Assembly (NCBI GenBank): GCA_963662655.2 | Contig: CAXXTU010000002.1 | Coordinates: 3,104,001-3,168,000 of the forward strand | Origin: Candidatus Cloacimonadales bacterium | GTDB taxonomy: Bacteria; Cloacimonadota; Cloacimonadia; Cloacimonadales; JAIOQZ01 | DNA length: 64,000 nucleotides | Direction of reading: 5' to 3' | Shown: piece after piece, positions 29,043-37,553 of the stretch | Numbering within the stretch: the stretch's first letter is position 1 | How the letters are laid out: each line of letters starts with the position of its first letter | Program-made: the position numbers and the translations under genes | The notes under the pieces: generated by a model | Database searches by the model: none | What the model was told of the DNA's origin: nothing | The model's input: the letters and a program-made list of their open reading frames with translations, nothing else

Positions 29043-30082
29043 GAGAGCGAATTCAGTAACTGAGACAGGGCTTCCTGATTTTCCACTTCAAACCTCACCG
29101 CTACAATAGCGAGCGGCAGGTGGCTCAATTCCAATTGCGAGAGCTTGGCCCAGTCCTTCTCCGTGGTGAGGATCATATCGCAGCCGTGTGCGGCGAGCTC
29201 CTTTTCCAGGCGTGGGATAAAGCCGGGTTGTGTGTAATCGTAGTGATCACCCATTGCGAGGTGATGCTTGAAGTCGATATCGTTGCCTCGCATGGTTTGC
29301 TCGAACGACGATGGATTCCCGATCCCCGATAGCAGCAAGACCTTCTTCTTGCGAACATCCTCCAACGCAATCTCGTTTCCGTCCGCTCCGTAGATTCTAT
29401 CCAGCCGATTTTCGCCCCGCAACACCGGTTTGTTCCATTGATTGCACGGTGGATTCCAGTCACCGCCGTTGATGACGATGCAGTCCGCGTGTTTCAGCGA
29501 GGAAAGTGGTTCGCGCAGGATTCCCGCAGGCAGGACAAATCCGTTTCCGGCTCCTCTTGGGCCGAACACCACGAACATCAAGTCTTTGCTCACCTTCAGG
29601 TGTTGGAAGGAATCGTCCAGCAGGATGCAATCGATCTGGGGCATCGCGTTCATCAGCATAGCGATGGAGTTTCTCCTTTTCGCACCGACCGCAACCGGAA
29701 CGCCGGGGAGTTTTTCCGCCAGCATGCGGGCCTCATCACCGGCTTCCACAGCCTCGGGGAGCACTTCTTGCATATTGGAGATGATGCGGTTATTATATTC
29801 GAACTTACCTCGGTAGCCTCGCAGGCAGATCGCCGGATGCTTGCCGTTCTCCTTCAGATAGCCGGCAAGAAACATGGTGAAGGGCGTTTTTCCGCTTCCG
29901 CCGGAAACAACGTTTCCGATCCCGATAACGCGAGGCGCATTGGGGATCGGCGACGGAGGCTTAAGTCGATAGAAAAGCCTGCGTATGGATTGCACGAGAG
30001 CGTAGAGAAGCGATAGCGGATACAGCGCGCAGGAGAGGACCGAGCGTTGGTAGAGGTGGCTCTGGATGAATTTCTGGCTCAT
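29039..30082 (-). CDS. lpxK: Tetraacyldisaccharide 4'-kinase
   Basis: 'IGNVVSGGSGKTP', 'RGY', 'GDEA', 'LDDSFQH', 'LPAGILREP', 'TTEKDWAK'. Confidence 0.95.
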   Translation of the reverse strand: MSQKFIQSHLYQRSVLSCALYPLSLLYALVQSIRRLFYRLKPPSPIPNAPRVIGIGNVVSGGSGKTPFTMFLAGYLKENGKHPAICLRGYRGKFEYNNRIISNMQEVLPEAVEAGDEARMLAEKLPGVPVAVGAKRRNSIAMLMNAMPQIDCILLDDSFQHLKVSKDLMFVVFGPRGAGNGFVLPAGILREPLSSLKHADCIVINGGDWNPPCNQWNKPVLRGENRLDRIYGADGNEIALEDVRKKKVLLLSGIGNPSSFEQTMRGNDIDFKHHLAMGDHYDYTQPGFIPRLEKELAAHGCDMILTTEKDWAKLSQLELSHLPLAIVAVRFEVENQEALSQLLNSLS

Positions 30083-30092
30083 GCCCTTTCCG

Positions 30093-30599
30093 TCAGTGCT
30101 CAATGCCCTCGCGAGCGGGGACGCCTTGCGCAAAGTAGTGTTTGATCTCGCGCATCTCGGTGACGAGGTCGGCGCGGTCGATCACTACCTGGCGAGCGTA
30201 TCGGCCCGTCATCACGAGCTCAGCTTCCGTGGGAATATTCATCAGTTCGAGCTGCTTTTCCACCGGCAGGAGCTTCCACTCGACCGCCACGTTGATCTCG
30301 TCGATGACAATGAGATCGTATGAGCCGGACCGGATCGCGTCCTTCGCCTTCGAGAATGCCAATTCCGCTTCCTCGAAATCGATGGGAGCCGGATGGTTCG
30401 GATCGATCAGCTTGTCCGTTCCGAATTGGAACACGTCGATCCCGTCGATCTTCTCCAGCATGCGGATTTCGCCATACTCCCAGTTTTTCTTCATGAACTG
30501 GATCAGGCAGACTCTTTTCCCGCGCCCGAGCGCCCGGATCGAAAGTCCCAGAGAAGCGGTGGTTTTCCCTTTTCCGTTTCCCGTATAAACGTGAATCAA
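30093..30599 (-). CDS. cobO: Cob(I)alamin adenosyltransferase (CobO/BtuR)
   Basis: 'VYTGNGKGKTTA', 'QFMK', 'DEINVA', 'MTGR', 'KHYF..GV.A..GIE'. Confidence 0.93.
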   Translation of the reverse strand: MIHVYTGNGKGKTTASLGLSIRALGRGKRVCLIQFMKKNWEYGEIRMLEKIDGIDVFQFGTDKLIDPNHPAPIDFEEAELAFSKAKDAIRSGSYDLIVIDEINVAVEWKLLPVEKQLELMNIPTEAELVMTGRYARQVVIDRADLVTEMREIKHYFAQGVPAREGIEH

Positions 30600-30614
30600 A
30601 ATGTCCTCCTGAAA

Positions 30615-30657
30615 GGAAAATGAAAGCGCCGGGTTCCGCTCATTGCAGACACCCGGC
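30615..30657 (-). terminator. Probable intrinsic terminator after the ferritin-like gene
   Basis: GCCGGGT...ACCCGGC stem followed by a T-rich tract on the minus strand. Confidence 0.55.
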
Positions 30658-30678
30658 TATTAAATCGGATTATTGAGC

Positions 30679-31131
30679 TCAATTGTCTTTGAGGATCTCT
30701 TCGTCGTAGATTTTCTCGAAACGAAGCTTGTGCTGGGCTTCTTCCGCCGCGATGCGAAGCAGAACCGCCGAGAGATCGGCATCGTCTACCTGACCCGCAA
30801 GATATTCGTAGAGCGCTTTCGATTTCTCTTCGCGCTTCATCGCGGTGACGATGATATCCTGATAGGTCATTTGCGCCGTTGGTTTCGCTTCAACCAGATA
30901 CTCGCTGATCTGAAGAGTCGGAACCTTTCCTACAGACTTTTCTGAGGTACCTTTCGAGCGAATGCCTTCGAGTACTCGAATGTGGCCGCGCTCCATATCT
31001 TCAAGCTCCGCCAGCATGATTTTCTGGGCAGCGAATTTCGCGATGTCCTGTAAATCGTTATAGAATTGAACCGCTTCTTTCTCGCGTTCTACCGCAAAAT
31101 CGATCACTTCGTTGAATTCTTTCGTTGTCAT
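30679..31131 (-). CDS. Rubrerythrin/ferritin-like diiron protein
   Basis: Two 'E..A..FY ... E..H' repeats ('MERGH', 'EEAQH'). Confidence 0.88.
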   Translation of the reverse strand: MTTKEFNEVIDFAVEREKEAVQFYNDLQDIAKFAAQKIMLAELEDMERGHIRVLEGIRSKGTSEKSVGKVPTLQISEYLVEAKPTAQMTYQDIIVTAMKREEKSKALYEYLAGQVDDADLSAVLLRIAAEEAQHKLRFEKIYDEEILKDN

Positions 31132-31290
31132 AAAGATACTCCTTTATTCTTTTACTGATATCATTTTTGGTAACCATTTATAATAAACTCGATCTCATCG
31201 TTCAAGGCATTTCTGTAAATGTTTTTTTTAAAAGGCCAGTTTCATAAATATCACCCTGGTCAGCAAGGGGCTGTATGCAATACCATCTCA

Positions 31291-31319
31291 CTGTCACCCT
31301 GAGCGTAGTCGAAGGGTCA
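31291..31319 (+). repeat. Family C REP-like repeat, intergenic copy
   Basis: CTGTCACCCTGAGCGTAGTCGAAGGGTCA. Its CCCT/AGGG stem covaries with TCCT/AGGA in the copy at 20777. Confidence 0.75.
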
Positions 31320-31465
31320 TTCAATATCGTTTCCCTTATATCGTTTCACGTATTTCAGGTAATGGATATAGTTATCCTCTAACATGCTACAGGGCCCCAA
31401 AAGGGAATGTCCTGCTGCAAAATCCCTCTGAATCCTTTCCGCGAAAGGAGATTTTCGATTAAAAT

Positions 31466-31583
31466 TCCGCTAACATGATTTCGTTGAACGAAATCACAAC
31501 GCTCATGTTTTCGTTTTGACTATGTCAAAGCCGAAAAAGGCTTAAGTTCGAAGTTTTTGTTTTTGCTTCGCAAAAGCCGAAAA
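31466..31583 (+). repeat. Family A partial copy (inner modules)
   Basis: TCCGCTAACATGATTTC...GAAATCACAACGCTCATGTTTTCG...AAAGCCGAAAA is nearly the reverse complement of ~1811-1880, and a second module ending AAAGCCGAAAA follows. Confidence 0.85.
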
Positions 31584-31611
31584 TAAAAGCCGCCGGCTTT
31601 CACCGACGGCT
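31580..31611 (-). terminator. Intrinsic terminator of the oxidative-stress operon
   Basis: Minus strand AGCCGTCGG-TGAAAG-CCGGCGGCT-TTTATTTT just after the rubredoxin stop. Confidence 0.75.
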
Positions 31612-31621
31612 CCAAATGTTA

Positions 31622-31762
31622 TTAGTCGATAGGACTGAACATATCCTTGCCGACTCCGCATTCCGGGCATACCCAATCTTCGGGAAGATCGTCGAAAGCC
31701 ACGTTATCGTTCTCGGCTGGATCGTAGATGTATCCACATGCGTCGCATACGTATTTCTGCAT
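31622..31762 (-). CDS. Rubredoxin (short 46-aa form)
   Basis: '[12 protein letters not shown]...[14 protein letters not shown]'; AGGAGG RBS. Confidence 0.95.
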   Translation of the reverse strand: MQKYVCDACGYIYDPAENDNVAFDDLPEDWVCPECGVGKDMFSPID

Positions 31763-31788
31763 TGTTTCCTCCTGTATTTTCTGAGATA

Positions 31789-32376
31789 TTAATAGTTCTC
31801 TATCCAAACTTCAAAGTAGCTCTTGGGATGAAGGCATACCGGGCATTTTTCCGGCGCTTCAATCGACTCGACGATGTGACCGCAGTTGAGGCATTTCCAG
31901 AAGACTTTTCCGTCTTTCTTGAACACTTCGTGATTCTTGATGTTCGCAAGCAGCTTGCGATAGCGGTCCTCGTGACGAACCTCGACGAGTGCGACCAGGC
32001 GGAACACGGACGCGATGTCCTTGAAGCCTTCTTCATCCGCGATCTTGGCAAATGTGGGATAAAGGTCGGTCCACTCTTCGTTCTCGCCATTGGCTGCCCA
32101 TTCCAGATTTTTCATCGTGTCGTCGAGAGCGACGGGATATCCCGCGTCGTTGATCACGACCATTTCACCGTTCAAGCCGTGCTCGATCAGCTTTTTGTAG
32201 AAGAGCTTCGCGTGCTCTTTCTCGTTCTCGGCTGTTTCGAGGAAGATGTTCGCGATTTGAAGGTATCCTTCCTTCTGTGCCGCTTTCGCGTAATAGGTGT
32301 AGCGCATACGGGCTTGTGATTCGCCGGCGAAAGCCTTCATTAAATTTTCAGCAGTTTTTGAATTCTTGAATTCCAT
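31789..32376 (-). CDS. rbr: Rubrerythrin
   Basis: '[13 protein letters not shown]', 'NEKEHA', C-terminal 'WKCLNCG...CPVCLHP'. Confidence 0.96.
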   Translation of the reverse strand: MEFKNSKTAENLMKAFAGESQARMRYTYYAKAAQKEGYLQIANIFLETAENEKEHAKLFYKKLIEHGLNGEMVVINDAGYPVALDDTMKNLEWAANGENEEWTDLYPTFAKIADEEGFKDIASVFRLVALVEVRHEDRYRKLLANIKNHEVFKKDGKVFWKCLNCGHIVESIEAPEKCPVCLHPKSYFEVWIENY

Positions 32377-32403
32377 CCAGTATCCTCCTGTATTTCTCTT
32401 GAG

Positions 32404-32787
32404 TTATTCGCTTTTCCACAGGCCGTGGACGTTGCACCATTCACGGGCTTTCACGATGTTTTCTTTCTGAACCGGGAAGAATGCTTCCGGTGCGTCGCCG
32501 GGATTCAACTCGGCGATACAAACGCGATCCTTCGTCTGGATCTCGATGAACTTGATGTAGTGTTTCTCCAGCATCGGATGCGCGGTTTCCTTGCCGACTT
32601 TTACCAGAACGCCGCCTTCGACTTCTTCGATGTAAGGGACGTGCTTTTCCGTACTGGCGTCTTTGCTTTGCTCTTCCAGTTTTGTCATGGGCTGTCCGCA
32701 GCATACGAGCGCTTCCGCGCCTTCGTTGCGAATACCGACTACGTTACCGCATATTTCGCAGTAGTAAATATCTCTGAGTTTTGTCAT
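32404..32787 (-). CDS. dfx: Desulfoferrodoxin (superoxide reductase)
   Basis: 'CEICGN...LVCCGQPM', 'EKHVP', 'HPM..KHYI', 'CNVHGLW'. Confidence 0.96.
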   Translation of the reverse strand: MTKLRDIYYCEICGNVVGIRNEGAEALVCCGQPMTKLEEQSKDASTEKHVPYIEEVEGGVLVKVGKETAHPMLEKHYIKFIEIQTKDRVCIAELNPGDAPEAFFPVQKENIVKAREWCNVHGLWKSE

Positions 32788-32823
32788 TGCTAACTCCTTT
32801 GCTTGTATTGAATGACGATTGGG

Positions 32824-33333
32824 TTATGCCGTTGTCGGCGGCGTATAGACGCGGGATGCCAGCTCACGATCCAGCATGAGCATTCCGTGGCCCTTGCCTC
32901 CGATTATCTGTAACTGGCTGAGAATCGATTCCATCGAATTCTCTTCTTCTACTTGCTCGTCGACATACCAGTTCAGGAAACTTCTGGTTGCGTGGTCGTT
33001 CACTTCGATCGCCACGTCCATCAGTTCGTTGATTGATTTGGTTACGAATTGCTCGTGCTTGAGAGCGATCTCGAAGATTTCCTCCGCCGACTCGAAATCA
33101 ACGGTCGGTTTTTCTATCTTGTCGAGGATTACGCGTCCACCACGTTCATTGAGGTAGTTGTAGAATTTCATGGTATGGAAGTGTTCTTCCTGCGCCTGTA
33201 CGATAAAGAAGTTTTCGAAGCCCGAAAGGTTCATGGATGCGAACCAGGCAGCCATGGAGAAGTATAAGTATTCAGAGTACAGCTCCTTGTTGATCTGTAC
33301 ATTGATTGCGTCTTGCAGTTTTTCGGAAATCAT
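32824..33333 (-). CDS. ftnA: Non-haem ferritin
   Basis: 'QINKELYSEYLY', 'QAQEEHFH', 'HEQFVT', 'WYVDEQVEEE'. Confidence 0.95.
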   Translation of the reverse strand: MISEKLQDAINVQINKELYSEYLYFSMAAWFASMNLSGFENFFIVQAQEEHFHTMKFYNYLNERGGRVILDKIEKPTVDFESAEEIFEIALKHEQFVTKSINELMDVAIEVNDHATRSFLNWYVDEQVEEENSMESILSQLQIIGGKGHGMLMLDRELASRVYTPPTTA

Positions 33334-33385
33334 GGTTCCTCCTTGTGTTTCCTTCTATTGTCTTTAACACATTTCTTTGAACATG

Positions 33386-34561
33386 TTACGATCTGATTTC
33401 ATTTATTTGCTTACGGATTATTTCTTTCATCGCATCCAGGTCTTCCTGGTCGGGAATGTATTGAAGACGGTGCATGTCCATCATGTTGAATCCGCACGAT
33501 TCCAGGACGTCGTGCACCAGTCCGATGCTCTGCCCGCCCCAGCCGTAGGAGCCGAAGGCAAGTCCGTAACGGTCCTTCGGTGCGAGTCCCTTCATGTAGG
33601 TGAGGAACGCGGCGACCGTGGGCAGCATGTTGTTGTTGAGCGTGGGTGATCCGACGCAGATGTATTTCGCGGTTGTCAGGTGCGTCATGATGTCGGAGAT
33701 ATGGTTGTGCTGAAGGTTACACATGCAGATATGGATACCCATATCTGCGAACACTGCCTGAATGGCCTTCGCCATCATTTCGGTAGATTTCCACATCGTA
33801 TCGTAGATAATCAAAGCTTTTTCTTCCGTCTCGTTCGCCGACCATTTTTTGTATTTCTCGATAATCTCCGGTATGTATTTCCGCCAGATGATTCCGTGGC
33901 TTGGGCATACCGTGTCGATATCCAGGGTTCCAACCACTTCGAGCGCTTTCTGCACCTGCTTGCCGTAGGGCAGCACGATGTTAGCGTAGTACTTCATGGC
34001 TTCTTCCATGATGATGTTGAACGGGTATTCGTCGTCGAATCGTTCGGAGGACGCGATGTGCTGACCGAAAGCGTCATTAGAGAAGATGATTTTCTCCTCG
34101 GGGCAGTAGGATACCATGTTATCCGGCCAGTGTACCATCGGAGTCTGTACGAAGTTGAGGGTGCGTTTGCCGAGGTTGAGCGTGTCTCCGGTTTTAACGG
34201 TGACGAAATCCCAGTCCTGCTTGAAATGCTTCGGAATGCCTTCAACGCCCTTGGGCGATGCGTATATCTTTGCGTTGGGAGCTTTTTTCATGATCATGGG
34301 AAGGGAGCTGGAGTGATCCATCTCGATGTGGTTCTGGACGATGATATCGATCTTGGATGGGTCGATGATGCTACTGATGCGAGCAATGAGCTCGTCCGCG
34401 AGATAGTATTTCACATTGTCGATCAGGGTAATCTTTTCATCGATAATCAGATACGCGTTGTATGTGGAGCCTCGTTGCGTCAGGTAGCCGTGGAAGTTCC
34501 GCAGGTCCCAATCGACAACGCCAACCCAGTATACGCCTTCTTTAATCTGTATAGCCTTCAT
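33386..34561 (-). CDS. fprA: Flavodiiron protein (FprA; O2/NO reductase)
   Basis: 'GSTYNAYLI', 'NHIEMDHS', 'HWPD', 'DAFGQH', flavodoxin 'GSPTLNN' and 'FGSYGWGG'. Confidence 0.95.
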   Translation of the reverse strand: MKAIQIKEGVYWVGVVDWDLRNFHGYLTQRGSTYNAYLIIDEKITLIDNVKYYLADELIARISSIIDPSKIDIIVQNHIEMDHSSSLPMIMKKAPNAKIYASPKGVEGIPKHFKQDWDFVTVKTGDTLNLGKRTLNFVQTPMVHWPDNMVSYCPEEKIIFSNDAFGQHIASSERFDDEYPFNIIMEEAMKYYANIVLPYGKQVQKALEVVGTLDIDTVCPSHGIIWRKYIPEIIEKYKKWSANETEEKALIIYDTMWKSTEMMAKAIQAVFADMGIHICMCNLQHNHISDIMTHLTTAKYICVGSPTLNNNMLPTVAAFLTYMKGLAPKDRYGLAFGSYGWGGQSIGLVHDVLESCGFNMMDMHRLQYIPDQEDLDAMKEIIRKQINEIRS

Positions 34562-34577
34562 TCAATTATCTCCTTTA

Positions 34578-35372
34578 TCACTTTTGACAATTCGGGCAGA
34601 AATATGATGAGCGTCCCGCTTGTTTGATGCGCTCAATCGGTGTACCGCAGTGGCATTTCTTTTTCATATAAACTCGTAGAAAATCCTGGAACTCGCCTGT
34701 CTTGTCCTCTACACTTCGAAAATCCGATATGCTGGTTCCATTTTTCTCAATTGCTTCTTCAAGTATCGTACGGATCGAATCTGTCAAGTGTTCAATTTCC
34801 CTTTCGCTCAGGCTGTTTCCTGGGCGAGCAGGGTGAATCCCGCTTCGGTGAAGCGCTTCACAAGCATAGATATTACCGATTCCAGCAATGAATTTCTGGT
34901 TCATCAGCAGGTTTTTCACCGGAGCTTTCCTTGACGAAAGTACGCCATGCAAGTATATCTTGTCAAACGATTTGCTGAGAGGCTCCACGCCAAGATCGCT
35001 GATTCGGCCTATGGTGTCGCGTTTTCCATGAATCGAGACAAAGCCGAATGTCCGCGGATCGATGAAGAGCAGAAGTTTACCGCTCCCGAGATGAAAGGCT
35101 GCGCGAACATGGGTCGCGTCGGCAGGGAACTCTCCTGCGAAAACAAGCTTTCCTGTCATGCCGAGGTGAACCACGATCACCGCTCCCGTCGAGATGTGCA
35201 TCAGGATGTATTTCCCGCGACGTTCGACGGATTCAATCTTGCCCATCACCGATTCGGAAGTGAACTCCCGAACCGTTCCCGGGCGGAACTCGTCCAGCTT
35301 CACAACGTTGGATTCGACAACCGTATTGCGCAATCCACGCACGATCGTTTCGACTTCCGGCAATTCTGGCAT
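34578..35372 (-). CDS. mutM: Formamidopyrimidine-DNA glycosylase
   Basis: 'MPELPEVET', 'RRGKY', 'HLGMTG', 'DPRTFG', 'GIGNIY', C-terminal zinc finger. Confidence 0.96.
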   Translation of the reverse strand: MPELPEVETIVRGLRNTVVESNVVKLDEFRPGTVREFTSESVMGKIESVERRGKYILMHISTGAVIVVHLGMTGKLVFAGEFPADATHVRAAFHLGSGKLLLFIDPRTFGFVSIHGKRDTIGRISDLGVEPLSKSFDKIYLHGVLSSRKAPVKNLLMNQKFIAGIGNIYACEALHRSGIHPARPGNSLSEREIEHLTDSIRTILEEAIEKNGTSISDFRSVEDKTGEFQDFLRVYMKKKCHCGTPIERIKQAGRSSYFCPNCQK

Positions 35373-35658
35373 CTATCTTAATCCCTTATCTAGCAGTATT
35401 ATTCATCTATTTTGTCTCGGAGAAATCACCGAGTCTCAATACAATATATCGAGATGAATCATTTATAACAAGTAAAATATTTCACGGTGTGAAATTATTT
35501 ATTGAATATTGTTCAAGATAAAGAATTCGTCTGTTCTATCTGGCTGATATAATACAATTTCCGCGTTGAAAAATCCTGAGTCGGGAAGATAGATTAGGCG
35601 GAAATTGTTTTAGGATGGATTTCCCGATTGGAGGAATCCGGGTTTTCCAGCCATCCAC

Positions 35659-35806
35659 GCGGCGGGGCGGCGTGTGCGCTTCGCGCACGATCGATGTACA
35701 TCGATCAGGAAGCCGGTCGGCCAGCAGGCTCAGGACTACAATCAGCGCGAAGTTATCGAGCAATATTCAGACAAGCACATGCAGGCTTCCTACGCCGCCC
35801 CGCCGC
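35659..35806 (-). repeat. Family B four-way-junction element, copy 1
   Basis: 15-bp perfect terminal inverted repeat enclosing three abutting hairpins; related to 58104-58226 in opposite orientation. Confidence 0.85.
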
Positions 35807-35886
35807 TGGGTGGGCAGAAAACTTCGAGATAGCTGCTCGCGAATATAGCAAGAGAGGGGAAATGTAAAGCTGCAAATTCAGGGGCG

Positions 35887-37521
35887 TTACTCCGATGCGG
35901 AAAGAGCAATAATGCGATAGAAGATTCGATCATTGGTCGTCTGCATATGATAAGATGTATCCGTCGTTTCGACAAGATCGAACCATAGAGTGTTATCCAG
36001 ACTGAACTGAAGGAGATACCTTTCCGCTCCGCTAACCTGCTCCCAATGGATATATGCGGTATTTTCAGACACTTCAACGGTGGGATGCTGTGGCGCTTGC
36101 AGATGGATGAGGAAAGATGAATACGTGAAAGGATCGTCATCTCCAGCAGTGGGAATCGTTCTTCGCTTACCAGCTTCATCAACTGCGTACAGGTAATAGG
36201 AGACCTGACCTTCGTTCTCCGTTGCTGGGATAATAGCTCGGTAATTGCGACCAGAAACATGCTCGAAAATGGATGAGACGTACGGATATTCTTCGCTAAC
36301 GCGATAGAAGACGAGGAGTGAATCCGCAATCAATCCTGCCCGACTGTTAGAAAAAATTTCCGCATGGATCACGACATCCGAAAACATGTCCTGCTGCGAA
36401 CTCACGGGATTGTGCCGGATATGAAGCATTCGTTTGTCCGGGATCTCGTGCACGCGACAGTGAAGCGCATCCGTGTTGTACCAACCCGAGTAGGGTATTC
36501 CGATGATTTCATATCCCGGCATCGCGCTCTGATAGGATGAAATCGCCTCATCGTCCCAGGGATTACCCGTTTGAGGAACAAACACCTTTTTATTCAGAAT
36601 CAAAGAATTGGTATAGGGTGTGTACGGTGTAACGGTTGCGGGAGTATGCACTCTGAAAACCTCGTAAGGCGTACCATACGGAGATACCTGTTGCCCGAAG
36701 AATGAGGCGACATCCTCGAAGTTCTGGTAACGCGGATCGGAAATCGCAACCTGCCCAATCAGTATCTTATCGACATCCAGGAATTTACCCCAGCAATCGA
36801 CGTGCTTGATGTATTCTCCGAGCGGATCCTGCATGATGTGGTAGGTCTCGATGCCGAGATAATTACAGTGATATTCCTCGATCTGGCTCCGCGTGAGTTC
36901 TTCGTTTTCCTCGAGAACCAAGTCCGTTGATACCGCGGTTCCCATCCCGTCGCACATGTAGTTTCCGCCTGTGTGAATCACATCCATTCCAAAAAGGCCC
37001 AATGTGTCGAATGCGGCGTAAGCGATAGGGATTTCGTTGTCGTACGGCCGATTGCGGTTATAGCGAAAATTGACCACTCGCATGGAATCGCTTTGGTCAA
37101 ACACGAACATAGGCCCGAAGTCCCTTGTCCAGAATGAGTTTGATGGAGCGATAAGGAACCGGCAGTTTGCCATGTTGACCTCGTTGCTCTGGTAATTTCC
37201 GTAGGCTTCGGCGTAGTATGAGCTTGAAACGATCGTTACCAGAACGTCGTCTTCGGCAAGCTCGCGAACAAGGGAATAGGGAATACCAAGCGGGTAGCGT
37301 ATCAACGAACCATACATCGGCTCGAACTCCGCGACTTGTCGGATGGGTGGATTCGGGGGATCGGTTGGGGCAAATGTCCGCTGTTCTTGTCCGTCTTCTT
37401 CCCCCGAAATGGCGTGGGGAAGAGAGTTCGGATAGCGTTGATTCCAGTCCGGAGGTACGCCGCTTTCGGCGAAAGTGATTGCTGCCAACACAAGGAATAT
37501 GATGGACAGCAGTCGTTTCAT
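35887..37521 (-). CDS. Secreted agmatine/peptidyl-arginine deiminase family protein
   Basis: Signal peptide; 'AEFEP', 'WTRD', 'GGNY', 'HVDCW', 'ALHC' catalytic set; Ig-like C-terminal region. Confidence 0.88.
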   Translation of the reverse strand: MKRLLSIIFLVLAAITFAESGVPPDWNQRYPNSLPHAISGEEDGQEQRTFAPTDPPNPPIRQVAEFEPMYGSLIRYPLGIPYSLVRELAEDDVLVTIVSSSYYAEAYGNYQSNEVNMANCRFLIAPSNSFWTRDFGPMFVFDQSDSMRVVNFRYNRNRPYDNEIPIAYAAFDTLGLFGMDVIHTGGNYMCDGMGTAVSTDLVLEENEELTRSQIEEYHCNYLGIETYHIMQDPLGEYIKHVDCWGKFLDVDKILIGQVAISDPRYQNFEDVASFFGQQVSPYGTPYEVFRVHTPATVTPYTPYTNSLILNKKVFVPQTGNPWDDEAISSYQSAMPGYEIIGIPYSGWYNTDALHCRVHEIPDKRMLHIRHNPVSSQQDMFSDVVIHAEIFSNSRAGLIADSLLVFYRVSEEYPYVSSIFEHVSGRNYRAIIPATENEGQVSYYLYAVDEAGKRRTIPTAGDDDPFTYSSFLIHLQAPQHPTVEVSENTAYIHWEQVSGAERYLLQFSLDNTLWFDLVETTDTSYHMQTTNDRIFYRIIALSASE

Positions 37522-37553
37522 GTGCTCTCCTGAAGGAATGTTATGGGATAATA

